Assembly (NCBI GenBank): GCA_964602845.1
Contig: CAZRSW010000003.1
Location: 77,533 to 141,532 of the forward strand
Source: an uncultured Dehalococcoidia bacterium
Lineage (GTDB): Bacteria > Chloroflexota > Dehalococcoidia > Lucifugimonadales > UBA826
Direction of reading: 5' to 3'
Length of the DNA stretch: 64,000 nucleotides
In this document: one piece after another, positions 9,561-19,825 of the stretch
Numbering within the stretch: position 1 is the stretch's first letter
Layout: each line of letters opens with the position of its first letter
Translations under genes and position numbers: made by a program
Notes under the pieces: generated by a model
The model's input: the letters and a program-made list of their open reading frames with translations, nothing else
The model's database searches: none
What the model was told of the DNA's origin: nothing

Positions 9561-10208
9561 ATGCGACATACCCTCACCATACCATTGTTTCCCCTCAATA
9601 CGGTACTCTTCCCGGGAGCAGTGATACCCCTGCAAATCTTCGAGGCGAGATATTTGGCGATGATCCAGGATTGTTTGTTAGCTAATTCCAAGTTTGGGGT
9701 AGTACTTATTAAAGAAGGGAGCGAGGTGGGAAATCCTGCAATACCTCACTCAGTTGGAACTATAGCAAAGATAATATCTGCTCAAGAAATTGCCAAAAAC
9801 CGAATGTTGATTACAGTCAGGGGAGAACGTCGATTTAAGATAAGAAAGATTCTCAGAAACCGTCCATATATTAACGCTGAGATCGATATAGAGTCTGTTA
9901 ATAAGAAAGATGACATTCCCCAAAATGAAATCGAAAGATTCTGCGCCAAGACAACTCGCCATATCAATCTCGTCCTTAATAAAAAAGGGGAATGGATAAA
10001 GGCACCGAAACTTCCATCAAGTCCCAAGATGCTATCGTACTTTATTGCTCAAACGCTCAGCATAGATTTGTTTGAACGCCAAAGATTACTTTCTGAACCT
10101 TCTCATCAAAAACAACTTGAGATTTGCAAAGAACACATGGATCGGGAAACTGACGAGATTATAGAAAAAATCTCTCTGGATCTTGTGAAAACTTTTCGAC
10201 ACCATTGA
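9561..10208 (+). CDS. stand-alone Lon N-terminal (LON substrate-binding) domain protein
   Basis: Opening LPLFPLNTVLFPGAVIPLQIFEARY is the hallmark of the Lon N domain. At 215 aa it has no AAA+ or protease domain. Confidence 0.7.
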   Translation: MRHTLTIPLFPLNTVLFPGAVIPLQIFEARYLAMIQDCLLANSKFGVVLIKEGSEVGNPAIPHSVGTIAKIISAQEIAKNRMLITVRGERRFKIRKILRNRPYINAEIDIESVNKKDDIPQNEIERFCAKTTRHINLVLNKKGEWIKAPKLPSSPKMLSYFIAQTLSIDLFERQRLLSEPSHQKQLEICKEHMDRETDEIIEKISLDLVKTFRHH

Positions 10209-10245
10209 TTAAACACAAACAACATAATGATACAAGAATCAAATC

Positions 10246-11433
10246 TTAATCAAGCACGCCTTCCGATGAAAAAAAATCGGCTAGACGCGATATTCCTTCC
10301 TCTATTTGACTCGGTTGATTGTATCCGTAACAAAGTCGAATATAATTTTTACCGCTCCCATCAGGAGAGTAAGTGGTCCCTGAATGGAAGCCAACATCAA
10401 TTTGGTCCAAGGCTTTATCCCTAAGATTGAGCAAGTCTACGCCATCATCCACATTCAGCCATATGTAGAGTCCTCCGTCGGGATTACTCCACTGCGCTGA
10501 CGAACCAAAATTTTCACCCAGAGATGACAACATGGAATCTCTCTTCTTCCGTTGAATGGCATTAATCTCTTCGATGTGAGCATCCAAATATTTCCTAGCA
10601 TATTTCTCCACCACAATTGCCGCAAATTCACTCACTCTATATTGCTTTATCCCCATTATCTTATCGATCACCCGTCCCGGACCGGTCATGTACCCTAAGC
10701 TCATCCCAGGAGCAATGATCTTGGAAAATGATCCCACATACATGACAGTTTCCCCATCATCCAAATGATGGAAGGAAGTAACCGGTGGACCTGAGTATCG
10801 ATTGTCGGCATAGCAATCGTCCTCTAATATTGGCACGCCGTATTTCCTTGTTATAGAAAGGATCTCTTGCCTACGGGATCCAGGCATGGTCCAACCTTGG
10901 GGGTTTTGAAAAGTCGGAATAAGATAAACAAACTTGGGTTTCTTCGATTGACTTATGGCTTCCACCAATAATGATTCAAGTCCATCAGGGTCCATCCCCA
11001 ACTCATCGGATTCTACCCCTCTGATATCAGCAAATTGCATCCGAAGGGTATTTAATGTCCCACCGTAGACAAAACTATCAGTGACCACGACATCTCCTGG
11101 ATTTACAAGGACTCTGCATATCATCTCAATCACCTGATTCGATCCATTCCCAAGGATAATTTCATCAGCAGACACTGATATTTGACGATCCCTAGCAATC
11201 TTCTCGGATACATATTCTCGCAAATACACATTACCTTGTGGATGAGGGTAGACCGCGAGGTCTGATCCATGTTCTCTCAAAGCTTCAGTTGCACATTCAA
11301 TCATATGATCGAATGGAAGTGATTTAGGATCAGGATAGGCAACAGCAAAATCATATTTACCACGTCTTGCCGGTTCTATACGAGTCCCTTCAGGTAAATT
11401 TTCAGCAAACATCGACTCAAAATCCACTACCAT
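10246..11433 (-). CDS. PLP-dependent aminotransferase, class I/II fold
   Basis: SFSKIIAPGMSLGY contains the PLP-lysine SxSK motif. Size of 395 aa fits the family. Confidence 0.8.
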   Translation of the reverse strand: MVVDFESMFAENLPEGTRIEPARRGKYDFAVAYPDPKSLPFDHMIECATEALREHGSDLAVYPHPQGNVYLREYVSEKIARDRQISVSADEIILGNGSNQVIEMICRVLVNPGDVVVTDSFVYGGTLNTLRMQFADIRGVESDELGMDPDGLESLLVEAISQSKKPKFVYLIPTFQNPQGWTMPGSRRQEILSITRKYGVPILEDDCYADNRYSGPPVTSFHHLDDGETVMYVGSFSKIIAPGMSLGYMTGPGRVIDKIMGIKQYRVSEFAAIVVEKYARKYLDAHIEEINAIQRKKRDSMLSSLGENFGSSAQWSNPDGGLYIWLNVDDGVDLLNLRDKALDQIDVGFHSGTTYSPDGSGKNYIRLCYGYNQPSQIEEGISRLADFFSSEGVLD

Positions 11434-11697
11434 CTATTCAATCCTCCGTTCTGAAGTTTTTAGTCCAACAAGAATTGATACTAGTAGTTTTGCTATAGTA
11501 ATTCAACCAATATTGTCAAATAGATTACTTCCAATTCTAGTACTTATAAAAATTTGAGCCCGAAAGACAACCTACTGATCAAACCCGGCTGGGATAGTAA
11601 TAGACAATTCAACGCATTAGTCATATTGAATATTTTCGCCACGATAACTAGGACTGCCAACTATCAAGACTTGTAATCTGTTCTGCTATAACTAGAT

Positions 11698-11726
11698 CTG
11701 ACACTGCCGTGAGCAGGTGTTACACT
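11698..11726 (+). promoter_or_regulatory. candidate sigma-70-type promoter of uvrA
   Basis: CTGACA (11698-11703), a 17-nt spacer, then TACACT (11721-11726), about 38 nt upstream of the uvrA ATG. The spacer holds an imperfect inverted repeat ACACTGC..GCAGGTGT. Pattern match only. Confidence 0.3.
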
Positions 11727-11763
11727 GGCAACATCAACTTCAAAACAAAGCGCTAGTAAGTGA

Positions 11764-14640
11764 ATGCTTCCTGAAGATTCAAAAAGCAATATCATCATAA
11801 AAGGTGCTAGAGAGCACAACCTAAAGAACATAGATGTGATCATACCAAGGAATAAATTGGTCGTGATAACTGGGGTTTCGGGTTCTGGTAAAAGCTCTCT
11901 AGCATTCGATACCATTTACGCAGAAGGACAGAGGCGATACGTTGAATCTTTGTCCTCTTACGCACGTCAATTCTTGGGCCGAATGGACAAGCCAGATGTA
12001 GATAACATAGAAGGTCTATCACCAGCAATATCAATAGACCAAAAAGGAGTGTCGCATAACCCTCGCTCCACGGTGGGAACTGTAACCGAGATTTACGACT
12101 ATTTGAGACTCCTGTTTGCTCGGGCTGGCAAACCCCACTGCTACAAATGCGGCAGACCCGTATCAAGACAAACTATCCAACAAATAGTAGATTCCATCAT
12201 GGCCCTTCCAGAAAATACACGTATCCAAATACTTGCCCCTGTAGTCAAAAGGCGTAAGGGGGAACATAAAGAACTCTTGGAGTCCTGCAGAAAATCGGGG
12301 TATGTGAGAGTTAGGATAGATGGCACGATTAGAGACCTTTCTGATGAAATCTCGTTGGACAAACAAAAATGGCACTCTATCGATGTTGTGGTGGATCGAC
12401 TGGTAATTAGAAAAAATCTAGATCGCTCCAGAGTATCAGATTCCACCGAAGCAGCGTTGGAACAAGCTGGTGGAAGCGCCTTATTATACGTACAAGGTGG
12501 CGACGAAATAACTTTCTCGGAAGATTTTGCTTGTACTCACTGCAACATCAGCTTAAACGAACTTGAACCGAGAACCTTCAGCTTTAATAACCCCCATGGT
12601 GCCTGTAGTAAATGTACGGGCTTAGGTTACAAATTGGTTGTCGACCCTGAATTGGTGATACCTGACTCTACAAAATCCATACGTGAAGGAGGGGTGGCAG
12701 GATGGGCAAGAACAGGGTCCTTATCGCCATGGTATATGAGCCAATTACAATCTTTGGCAGACTCCATTGGGTTCAGTACAGAAGTTCCTATAAATGAATT
12801 GGCTGAAGAAGATATGAATTCAATTTTAAATGGTACTAAAAACAATAGGATCAAAGTAACCCATCACACCAAAAAAGGACGCCGATACCAATGGCAATCT
12901 AGATTCGAAGGTGTGCTTAACAACTTAGAACGACGTCATTCTGAAACGGGCTCTGATAATGTCAGAAAGGATATTGAACGTTATATGACGTCACTCCCAT
13001 GTCAGAACTGTCAGGGGAAACGACTAAGACCGGAGGCTTTAGCGGTAACGATCAATAATGAAAATGTTATGCAAATAACAGATAAATCTGTCTCCGATGC
13101 TTTGGAATGGGTTCGAGGTCTAGAACGTAACCGCGGGCTCTCCGAAAGAGACAAAATTGTATCGCAACAGATCTTAAAAGAGATCAGCGCTCGGCTCGAA
13201 TTCCTTGTCAATATTGGACTAGATTACTTGACCCTATCACGAACTGCTTCTACTTTAAGCGGGGGAGAGGCTCAACGAATACGCTTAGCCACTCAAATCG
13301 GCTCCGGACTGATGGGTGTGCTATATGTTTGTGATGAACCCTCCATAGGTCTTCATCCTGCAGATGACCACCGACTGATAAAAACCTTAAAAGGCCTAAG
13401 AGATGTTGGAAATTCCGTCCTCATAGTCGAACATGACGAAGCTATAATGAGATCCGCGGATTATATCGTCGATCTAGGCCCGGGGGCAGGAGAACACGGC
13501 GGTGAAGTGGTTGTTTCAGGGTCTGTACAAAGAGTGATGGCCGATTCAGCATCTGTGACCGGTCAATATCTATCCGGTGCCAAATCAATAGACACGCCGA
13601 TAAAACGACGTAGCCCAAGTGGCAATTCCCTCCAGATTCTAGGAGCGGCACAAAACAACTTAAAGAATATAGATGTTGAAATACCTCTCGGCATTTTAGT
13701 CTGCGTGACGGGAGTATCAGGATCGGGGAAAAGCACATTAATAAATGAAATACTTTATAAGAGACTAGCTCAACACTTCTATCGCTCAAAAGATCGGCCT
13801 GGAGCATTCGAGAAATTAAGTGGTACCGATCACCTCGACAAGGTGGTAAATATTGACCAATCTCCTATAGGGCGAACGCCTAGAAGTAATCCTGCAACTT
13901 ACACCGGAACTTTCACACCCGTCCGAGAACTTTTTGCAAGATCTCCTGAAGCACGAAGCAGGGCATATAAGCCTGGTCGGTTCTCGTTCAATGTCAAGGG
14001 CGGGCGCTGTGAAAATTGTAGCGGCGACGGGTCTATTAACATAGAGATGCAATTCCTGCCGGATGTCAGCGTCCCATGCGAAGAGTGCAACGGCCAAAGA
14101 TATAACCGAGAGGCCTTAGAAATCTCCTACAAGGACAAAAATATAGCTGAAGTGCTTCAATTAACCGTAAGTGAGGCTCTAGATTTTTTCTCAGGTATAC
14201 CTCGCATTAAAAACAGACTTCAAACTCTTCAAGATGTTGGGCTTGGCTACATTAGACTGGGGCAACCTGCAACACATTTAAGTGGGGGAGAGGCTCAACG
14301 AGTCAAACTAGCAACCGAGTTGTCAAAACGGGCCACCGGGAAAACACTGTATATTTTAGACGAGCCTACCACAGGGTTATCCTTTGAGGACTGTTCTTAT
14401 TTACTGAAGGTTCTGCATCGGTTGGTAGACTCTGGCAATTCGGTAATATTAATTGAACATCACCTCGACCTCATTAAAAATGCCGACTGGATTATCGATC
14501 TTGGGCCTGGCGCGGGGGACAAAGGAGGCAATTTAGTGGCCACGGGAACGCCAGAGGAAATAGCGGCTCTCAACTACTCCCTAACAGGAAGCTACCTCAA
14601 TAGTTTCCTTACTGAACCCGCTAAATCTACAATTGGGTGA
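11764..14640 (+). CDS. uvrA: excinuclease ABC subunit UvrA
   Basis: 958 aa. Two ABC modules ([22 protein letters not shown]; LSGGEAQR twice) and zinc-finger Cys clusters (CxxC pairs). Confidence 0.95.
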   Translation: MLPEDSKSNIIIKGAREHNLKNIDVIIPRNKLVVITGVSGSGKSSLAFDTIYAEGQRRYVESLSSYARQFLGRMDKPDVDNIEGLSPAISIDQKGVSHNPRSTVGTVTEIYDYLRLLFARAGKPHCYKCGRPVSRQTIQQIVDSIMALPENTRIQILAPVVKRRKGEHKELLESCRKSGYVRVRIDGTIRDLSDEISLDKQKWHSIDVVVDRLVIRKNLDRSRVSDSTEAALEQAGGSALLYVQGGDEITFSEDFACTHCNISLNELEPRTFSFNNPHGACSKCTGLGYKLVVDPELVIPDSTKSIREGGVAGWARTGSLSPWYMSQLQSLADSIGFSTEVPINELAEEDMNSILNGTKNNRIKVTHHTKKGRRYQWQSRFEGVLNNLERRHSETGSDNVRKDIERYMTSLPCQNCQGKRLRPEALAVTINNENVMQITDKSVSDALEWVRGLERNRGLSERDKIVSQQILKEISARLEFLVNIGLDYLTLSRTASTLSGGEAQRIRLATQIGSGLMGVLYVCDEPSIGLHPADDHRLIKTLKGLRDVGNSVLIVEHDEAIMRSADYIVDLGPGAGEHGGEVVVSGSVQRVMADSASVTGQYLSGAKSIDTPIKRRSPSGNSLQILGAAQNNLKNIDVEIPLGILVCVTGVSGSGKSTLINEILYKRLAQHFYRSKDRPGAFEKLSGTDHLDKVVNIDQSPIGRTPRSNPATYTGTFTPVRELFARSPEARSRAYKPGRFSFNVKGGRCENCSGDGSINIEMQFLPDVSVPCEECNGQRYNREALEISYKDKNIAEVLQLTVSEALDFFSGIPRIKNRLQTLQDVGLGYIRLGQPATHLSGGEAQRVKLATELSKRATGKTLYILDEPTTGLSFEDCSYLLKVLHRLVDSGNSVILIEHHLDLIKNADWIIDLGPGAGDKGGNLVATGTPEEIAALNYSLTGSYLNSFLTEPAKSTIG

Positions 14641-14854
14641 ACCACATTATCCACACGCGTGGCCTATATAACAATTATGTACAGAGAAATATTATGATGA
14701 CCCTTTCAAAGTATTTAAGATGCCCAACAGGCACTACATAACGCCGTTTGTTCTACCTGCGTACGTTATGTTAGTATGGTGCGGCATGCAACACTGAGGC
14801 CGTGGGTGCGTTTTTTAACGTGCTGGCAAAAGGCTAGTTTGCAAGGAATCTAGG

Positions 14855-14959
14855 ATGAATAGTCCATTCCTGCCTTGTGGCTGGAAAAAATGGTCGTTCA
14901 CCATTATGGAGTTCGAAACAATTATCGAATTCCTTAAGAGAAAGGAGGCAGTCTTTTGA
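14855..14959 (+). CDS. possible 34-codon upstream ORF overlapping the start of the Mo-hydroxylase FAD subunit gene
   Basis: I translated it by hand as MNSPFLPCGWKKWSFTIMEFETIIEFLKRKEAVF. AAGGAA lies 6 nt before the ATG. The TGA stop (14957-14959) overlaps the TTG start at 14956. There is no homology evidence and it may be fortuitous. Confidence 0.2.
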   Translation: MNSPFLPCGWKKWSFTIMEFETIIEFLKRKEAVF

Positions 14960-15831
14960 AATGGGTTGATTATCAGAAACCGGAGTCACTGGATGAGGCT
15001 ATATCAGTATTAGCTGAGTCGAACGGGACAGCTCGTCCTATGGCTGGAGGCACAGACCTCCTAGTACAGTTAAGAGCGGGAGGTGGCCGCGTCGACGCAG
15101 ACACCATAGTAGACGTCAAAAGCGTTCCAGAATTGAATGAGATCAGTTATAGCGCGGACAAAGGTCTTACCATTGGGGCCGCGGTAGAATGCTACAAAAT
15201 CTATAACGACTCTAATGTTAAAAAACATTTTTCAGCGTTGATTGATTCGGCCTCCCTCATAGGAGGGACGCAAATTCAGGGACGCGCTTCGCTAGGCGGA
15301 AATTTATGTAATGCCGCACCGAGCGGTGATTCAATCCCTAATTTGGTTGCGCACAATGCCATAGCTAGTATTGTAGGACCAACGGGTAAGAGAGAAGTCT
15401 CGGTTGAAGAGATTTGCCTGGGACCAGGCAAAACTTCACTGGCCGCCGACGAGCTACTGGTATCACTAAATATACCAATTGGCGGACCAGGATTTGGCGC
15501 CAATTACATCAGGTTTATACCCAGAAATGAAATGGATATCGCAGTTGCGGGCGCAGGCGTTTCAGTAAACATATCAGCTGGTAAATTCACCAAAGCGAAG
15601 GTCTGCCTAGCGTCGGTTGCTCCAGTGCCATTGCTTGTTAGTGAAGCAGGGGACGCGTTAGTAGGCAAAAATGTCGGACCAGAGGCAATACAAGAGGCTG
15701 CTGATCTCGCAAAGAAAGCTGCCAAGCCTATATCTGATATGCGTGGAACGGCAGACTACAGAAAACACCTTTGCGAAGTTTTGACGCGGAGGGCCCTAAC
15801 AACGGCAGTACAACGAGCACAGGAGAACTAA
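14956..15831 (+). CDS. molybdenum hydroxylase FAD-binding (medium) subunit, CoxM/XdhB-like
   Basis: TTG start 7 nt after AAAGGAGG. AGGTDLLVQLR FAD-binding motif. First gene of an M-S-L cluster. Confidence 0.85.
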   Translation: MKWVDYQKPESLDEAISVLAESNGTARPMAGGTDLLVQLRAGGGRVDADTIVDVKSVPELNEISYSADKGLTIGAAVECYKIYNDSNVKKHFSALIDSASLIGGTQIQGRASLGGNLCNAAPSGDSIPNLVAHNAIASIVGPTGKREVSVEEICLGPGKTSLAADELLVSLNIPIGGPGFGANYIRFIPRNEMDIAVAGAGVSVNISAGKFTKAKVCLASVAPVPLLVSEAGDALVGKNVGPEAIQEAADLAKKAAKPISDMRGTADYRKHLCEVLTRRALTTAVQRAQEN

Positions 15832-15834
15832 AAC

Positions 15835-16314
15835 ATGCCAGGAAAAACATATGTACAAACAACAATCAACGGAGAGCCTGTCGACTTTCTTTGTGAACCC
15901 AGACAAAGTCTTTTGGAATGCCTGAGGGATATCGTCGGTTTGACTGGTACGAAGGAGGGTTGCAACGATGGCAACTGCGGGGCTTGCACTGTGGAAATGG
16001 ACGGAAGAATCGTGACTTCGTGTTTAGTACTAGGGGTAGAGGCTGAAGGAGCATCGATAGAGACAATTGAAGGCGTCGCGGACGGAAGTAATCTTCACCC
16101 AATCCAAGCCGCATTTTTAGAGAACGCAGCCCTTCAATGTGGGATCTGCACACCTGGATTCATAGTTGCCTCTAAGTCATTACTGGAAAGCAACCCTAAT
16201 CCAAGTGAGCATGATATTAGATTCTGGCTCGCTAACAACCTTTGCAGATGTACCGGATACGACAAGATTGTTCGAGCTGTGCAGGACGCAGCCAAAAGAA
16301 TGCAGGAGGCCTAA
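15835..16314 (+). CDS. molybdenum hydroxylase 2x[2Fe-2S] (small) subunit, CoxS/XdhC-iron-sulfur-like
   Basis: Cys motifs CNDGNCGACTV, CGICTPG and CRCTGY are diagnostic of the (2Fe-2S)-binding subunit. Confidence 0.9.
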   Translation: MPGKTYVQTTINGEPVDFLCEPRQSLLECLRDIVGLTGTKEGCNDGNCGACTVEMDGRIVTSCLVLGVEAEGASIETIEGVADGSNLHPIQAAFLENAALQCGICTPGFIVASKSLLESNPNPSEHDIRFWLANNLCRCTGYDKIVRAVQDAAKRMQEA

Positions 16315-16320
16315 CGAACA

Positions 16321-18606
16321 ATGACTACAGCCGATTATGAAAGAAATCAAGTGTTAGCCAATGCCGAAGATTACAAAGTCGTCGGAACAAGGCCAGTCCG
16401 ACACGATGGCGCTGACAAAGTTACAGGTCGAGCCCTTTATGGCGCAGACTTTGACGCCGCTGGACTGTTGCACGGTAAAATACTTAGAAGCCCCCACGCT
16501 CACGCGAAAATAATATCCATTGACACTAGCCAAGCTGAGTCGCTGGAAGGGGTTAAGGCAGTTGTTACGCACCTAGATTTCCCAGAATCAGACAAAGACA
16601 TTGTCGGTACAGGGGACGAAGCAACAAAGCTGGTATGGCTACGCGACAATATCATGGCAAGCACAAAAGTGCTATATAAGGGACATGCCATAGCGGGCGT
16701 TGCCGCAGTTAATCCCCATATCGCAGAGCAAGCAGTGGATCTTATCCATGTGGAATATGAAGTTCTATCTCCGGTTCTCACCACTCAGGAGGCTATGGCC
16801 GAAGGTGCATCTCTACTCCACGATTCTCTAACAACAGAGGAATTAGGCTATGACACAGGAAAGGTCAGTAACACAGCAGAACACATTCAACATGTGAAAG
16901 GTGATGTTGCGAAAGGTTTCGAGCAAGCCGACCACATTTTTGAAAGAGAGTTTAATACCAAGACGGTTCACCAAGGATACATTGAGCCCCACAACGGGAC
17001 CGCTCTTTGGAGTCCTGATGGGCGTCTTCATGTATGGTGCAGCACACAGGGGTCCTTTGTAGTGAGAGATAGCCTCGCTGACTTACTCAACATCCCAGCA
17101 TCGAAGGTAAGAGTGACACCTATGGAGATTGGTGGTGGATTCGGAGGTAAAATACCTGTTTATGTCGAACCGGTTGCAGCACTGCTATCACAAAAAACCG
17201 GGAATCCGGTCAAGATAGTCATGAGCCGTAAAGACACTTTTGAAGGATCAGGTCCAACACCCGGCTCAAATCTAAAAATCAAGATAGGCGTAACCGAGGA
17301 CGGAACCATTACGGCGGCACAAGCATGGATGGCTATGGAAGCCGGAGCATACCCAGGATCCCCAGTCGGAGCAGCAGCGCAATGTGTCTTCGCAGCCTAT
17401 GATATAGAAAATACCCTCATTGACGGATACGATGTCGTTGTAAACAAACCAAAAACCCAAGCCTACCGAGCCCCTGGAGCCCCAAATGCCGCATTTGGAA
17501 CAGAACAAGTAGTGGACGAGATAGCAGAATATCTTAAAATGGACAAAATAGACCTAAGACTTAAGAATGCAGCAAAAGAAGGGACAAGGAGAGCAGACGG
17601 ACCTGTGTTCAAACGCATTGGGTGTGAGGAAGTGCTAGAAGCGATGAGAGACCATCCCCACTATCAAAGCCCCCTTCCCGAAGGGCAAGGCAGGGGAGTC
17701 GCAATTGGATTTTGGTTTAACATAGCCTTGGACTCAGCTTGTAATATAGCAATCAACTCTGATGGGTCTATAAACCTAACTGAGGGGTCAACGGATATAG
17801 GTGGATCACGCACCTCCATTGCAATGCAAGCAGCAGAAGTATTAGGAATACCTGTGGAAGACGTTAGACCCTCTGTAGTTGATACAGACACCATCGGATT
17901 TACCGCAGTAACCGGCGGTAGCAGGACAACTTACGCAACCGGATGGGCTGCTTACAAAGCCGCTGAGGACGTGAAGAAACAGATCATAGCGCGAGTAGCT
18001 GATGTTATTTGGGGGATCGATGCTTCAGACATCAAGATGGAGGACGGTATAATCACATCTAAAACTGACTCGGAACTGCGTATGACATTCAAGGAGTTTG
18101 CATCTCAGATGGGAGACACTGGGGGAGGGATAAGTGGACAAGCCTCAGTAAAGCCAGAGGAGGGTATAGGAGGATCTTTTTGCGGGAACATTGTGGATCT
18201 GAAGGTTGATCCGGAAACCGGGAAAACATCCATATCCAGATTTACCTGTGTCCAGGATGCTGGCAAGGCAATACATCCGGACTACGTAGAAGGACAAATG
18301 CAAGGCGGATCTGTCCAAGGGATAGGTTGGGCATTGAATGAAGAGTACTTTATGTCCGAAGACGGTAACATGGACAATTCAAGCCTACTAGACTATCGTA
18401 TGCCTACAGCACTTGACTTACCTATGATCGACACAGTTATAGTTGAAGTACACAACCCAGGTCACCCGTTTGGAGTAAGAGGTGTAGGAGAAGCCAACAT
18501 AGTTCCTCCTCTTGCAGCGATCGCCAATGCGATAAGCGACGCCACTGGAATCAGAATGACCGATATGCCTATGAATTCTGGCGCGATCGTGGCATCAGAT
18601 TCCTGA
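16321..18606 (+). CDS. xanthine dehydrogenase family molybdopterin-binding (large) subunit, substrate unknown
   Basis: 761 aa. N-terminal VGTRPVRHDGADKVTGRALYGADF. Active-site loop QAYRAPGAPNAAF at nt 17461-17490. C-terminal GVRGVGE with the conserved catalytic Glu. Confidence 0.9.
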   Translation: MTTADYERNQVLANAEDYKVVGTRPVRHDGADKVTGRALYGADFDAAGLLHGKILRSPHAHAKIISIDTSQAESLEGVKAVVTHLDFPESDKDIVGTGDEATKLVWLRDNIMASTKVLYKGHAIAGVAAVNPHIAEQAVDLIHVEYEVLSPVLTTQEAMAEGASLLHDSLTTEELGYDTGKVSNTAEHIQHVKGDVAKGFEQADHIFEREFNTKTVHQGYIEPHNGTALWSPDGRLHVWCSTQGSFVVRDSLADLLNIPASKVRVTPMEIGGGFGGKIPVYVEPVAALLSQKTGNPVKIVMSRKDTFEGSGPTPGSNLKIKIGVTEDGTITAAQAWMAMEAGAYPGSPVGAAAQCVFAAYDIENTLIDGYDVVVNKPKTQAYRAPGAPNAAFGTEQVVDEIAEYLKMDKIDLRLKNAAKEGTRRADGPVFKRIGCEEVLEAMRDHPHYQSPLPEGQGRGVAIGFWFNIALDSACNIAINSDGSINLTEGSTDIGGSRTSIAMQAAEVLGIPVEDVRPSVVDTDTIGFTAVTGGSRTTYATGWAAYKAAEDVKKQIIARVADVIWGIDASDIKMEDGIITSKTDSELRMTFKEFASQMGDTGGGISGQASVKPEEGIGGSFCGNIVDLKVDPETGKTSISRFTCVQDAGKAIHPDYVEGQMQGGSVQGIGWALNEEYFMSEDGNMDNSSLLDYRMPTALDLPMIDTVIVEVHNPGHPFGVRGVGEANIVPPLAAIANAISDATGIRMTDMPMNSGAIVASDS

Positions 18607-18628
18607 CATAAAAAAGGCTTTTGAAAAA

Positions 18629-18892
18629 ATGGCTGTAGTTTTCATTCCATCACTGATGCAAAATATTGTAGATGGTAGGGATAAGCTATCCGTGGAGGGT
18701 TCAAACGTTAGACAAATCATCGATAATATAGATGAGTCATACCCTGGATTCAAGGATAGGTTGGTAGAAAACAATAGGATAAGGCCCAACATTGCTGTCG
18801 CTATAGATGGAGAAATAACTCCCCTAGGCTTAATACAGAAGGTGCCAAATGAGAGCGAGGTTCACTTCCTTCCCGCGATATCGGGAGGATGA
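18629..18892 (+). CDS. MoaD/ThiS/CysO-type beta-grasp sulfur-carrier protein ending in Gly-Gly
   Basis: 87 aa ending ...LPAISGG directly before the stop. About one third of residues are identical by eye to the second carrier at 30101..30379. Confidence 0.8.
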   Translation: MAVVFIPSLMQNIVDGRDKLSVEGSNVRQIIDNIDESYPGFKDRLVENNRIRPNIAVAIDGEITPLGLIQKVPNESEVHFLPAISGG

Positions 18893-18946
18893 ACTGGTCC
18901 ACAACTTAGTCTCATCACGACATTGTGATCATCTGATACCATCACA

Positions 18947-19825
18947 ATGGAACAACGCTGCTTTCGATGGCACTGGATGATTCAACCCGTATTTAGACGT
19001 GCACAGTGTGGAGACATTGAAATGCACTATGCTGAATGGGGCACCAAGTCTGGCCAAGTAGTACTGCTGGTCCATGGTAATATGCGTACGTCTAGAAGTT
19101 TTGATGCGGTAGCCAAAAAAATTCGCATCTGTGGCAAAGTCATAGCAGTTGACTTGAGAGGTCATGGAGAAAGCACTTGGACCAAGACTGGATACCAGTT
19201 TGATGACAAGGCCAGAGACCTTTCTAACTTCTCGGAGCACCTAAATTTAGAAGACGTTGTCGCCGTAGGGCATTCGAGCGGTGCTGTAGCATTGATTATA
19301 GCCTCATTAATTAACCAGAACCCATTTAATCGACTGATATTAATGGAACCAATGATGGTGATAGATGATCAATACAATCAATTAATGGCCGCAAGAGCAA
19401 AAAAACCAAGACGTACCTGGAGTGATCCTTCAGAACTATTGGAGTTACTTCAGTCACATCCAACAACCCGTAAATGGAGTCCCGATGTGATGAAAGACGT
19501 AGTTTCCTTTGAAACCTACATCAATAACTGTGGCAGAGTAGATATGAAATGGTCACATCAGTCTCTTTGTTATTCTCCTAACAAGATAGATCGACTAGAC
19601 GTATTGCCAATTTTGAATGAACTGCATCTACCGATCCTCATCATCATAAGTGAAGAAAATAAGAATCGTTTTGACTCAGTGACAGCTTTGGCTAAAAATT
19701 CAGATCACATTAGCACAGTCATAATAGAGAGAACAGCCCATAACATGTATATGGAAAGACCCGGAACTGTGGCGAATATTATTGAAGGTTTTAGTTCCGA
19801 TCTACCTATCCCTGACAGAATCTAA
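18947..19825 (+). CDS. alpha/beta hydrolase fold protein
   Basis: LLVHG oxyanion region and GHSSGA nucleophile elbow (GxSxG). The true start may be the in-frame ATG at 18977. Confidence 0.75.
   Translation: MEQRCFRWHWMIQPVFRRAQCGDIEMHYAEWGTKSGQVVLLVHGNMRTSRSFDAVAKKIRICGKVIAVDLRGHGESTWTKTGYQFDDKARDLSNFSEHLNLEDVVAVGHSSGAVALIIASLINQNPFNRLILMEPMMVIDDQYNQLMAARAKKPRRTWSDPSELLELLQSHPTTRKWSPDVMKDVVSFETYINNCGRVDMKWSHQSLCYSPNKIDRLDVLPILNELHLPILIIISEENKNRFDSVTALAKNSDHISTVIIERTAHNMYMERPGTVANIIEGFSSDLPIPDRI

Noticed and set aside
11434-11763. LexA/SOS box upstream of uvrA
   Set aside because: No GAAC-N4-GTTC-type or CTGT-N8-ACAG-type box was found. There is only an imperfect inverted repeat in the putative promoter spacer.
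14905-14925. tRNA-like GAGTTCGAAAC (T-loop-like) sequence
   Set aside because: The flanking bases do not form a T-stem, an acceptor stem or the other arms, so it is not a tRNA.
14741-14955. Moco riboswitch upstream of the Mo-hydroxylase operon
   Set aside because: I could not locate the conserved elements I remember for the Moco motif on either strand. The region is left as an unassigned structured leader pending a covariance-model scan.
16321-18606. Annotation as aerobic CO dehydrogenase large subunit (CoxL)
   Set aside because: The active-site loop reads AYRAPGAP, not the AYxCSFR signature of form I CODH. Only the generic xanthine-dehydrogenase-family call is justified.
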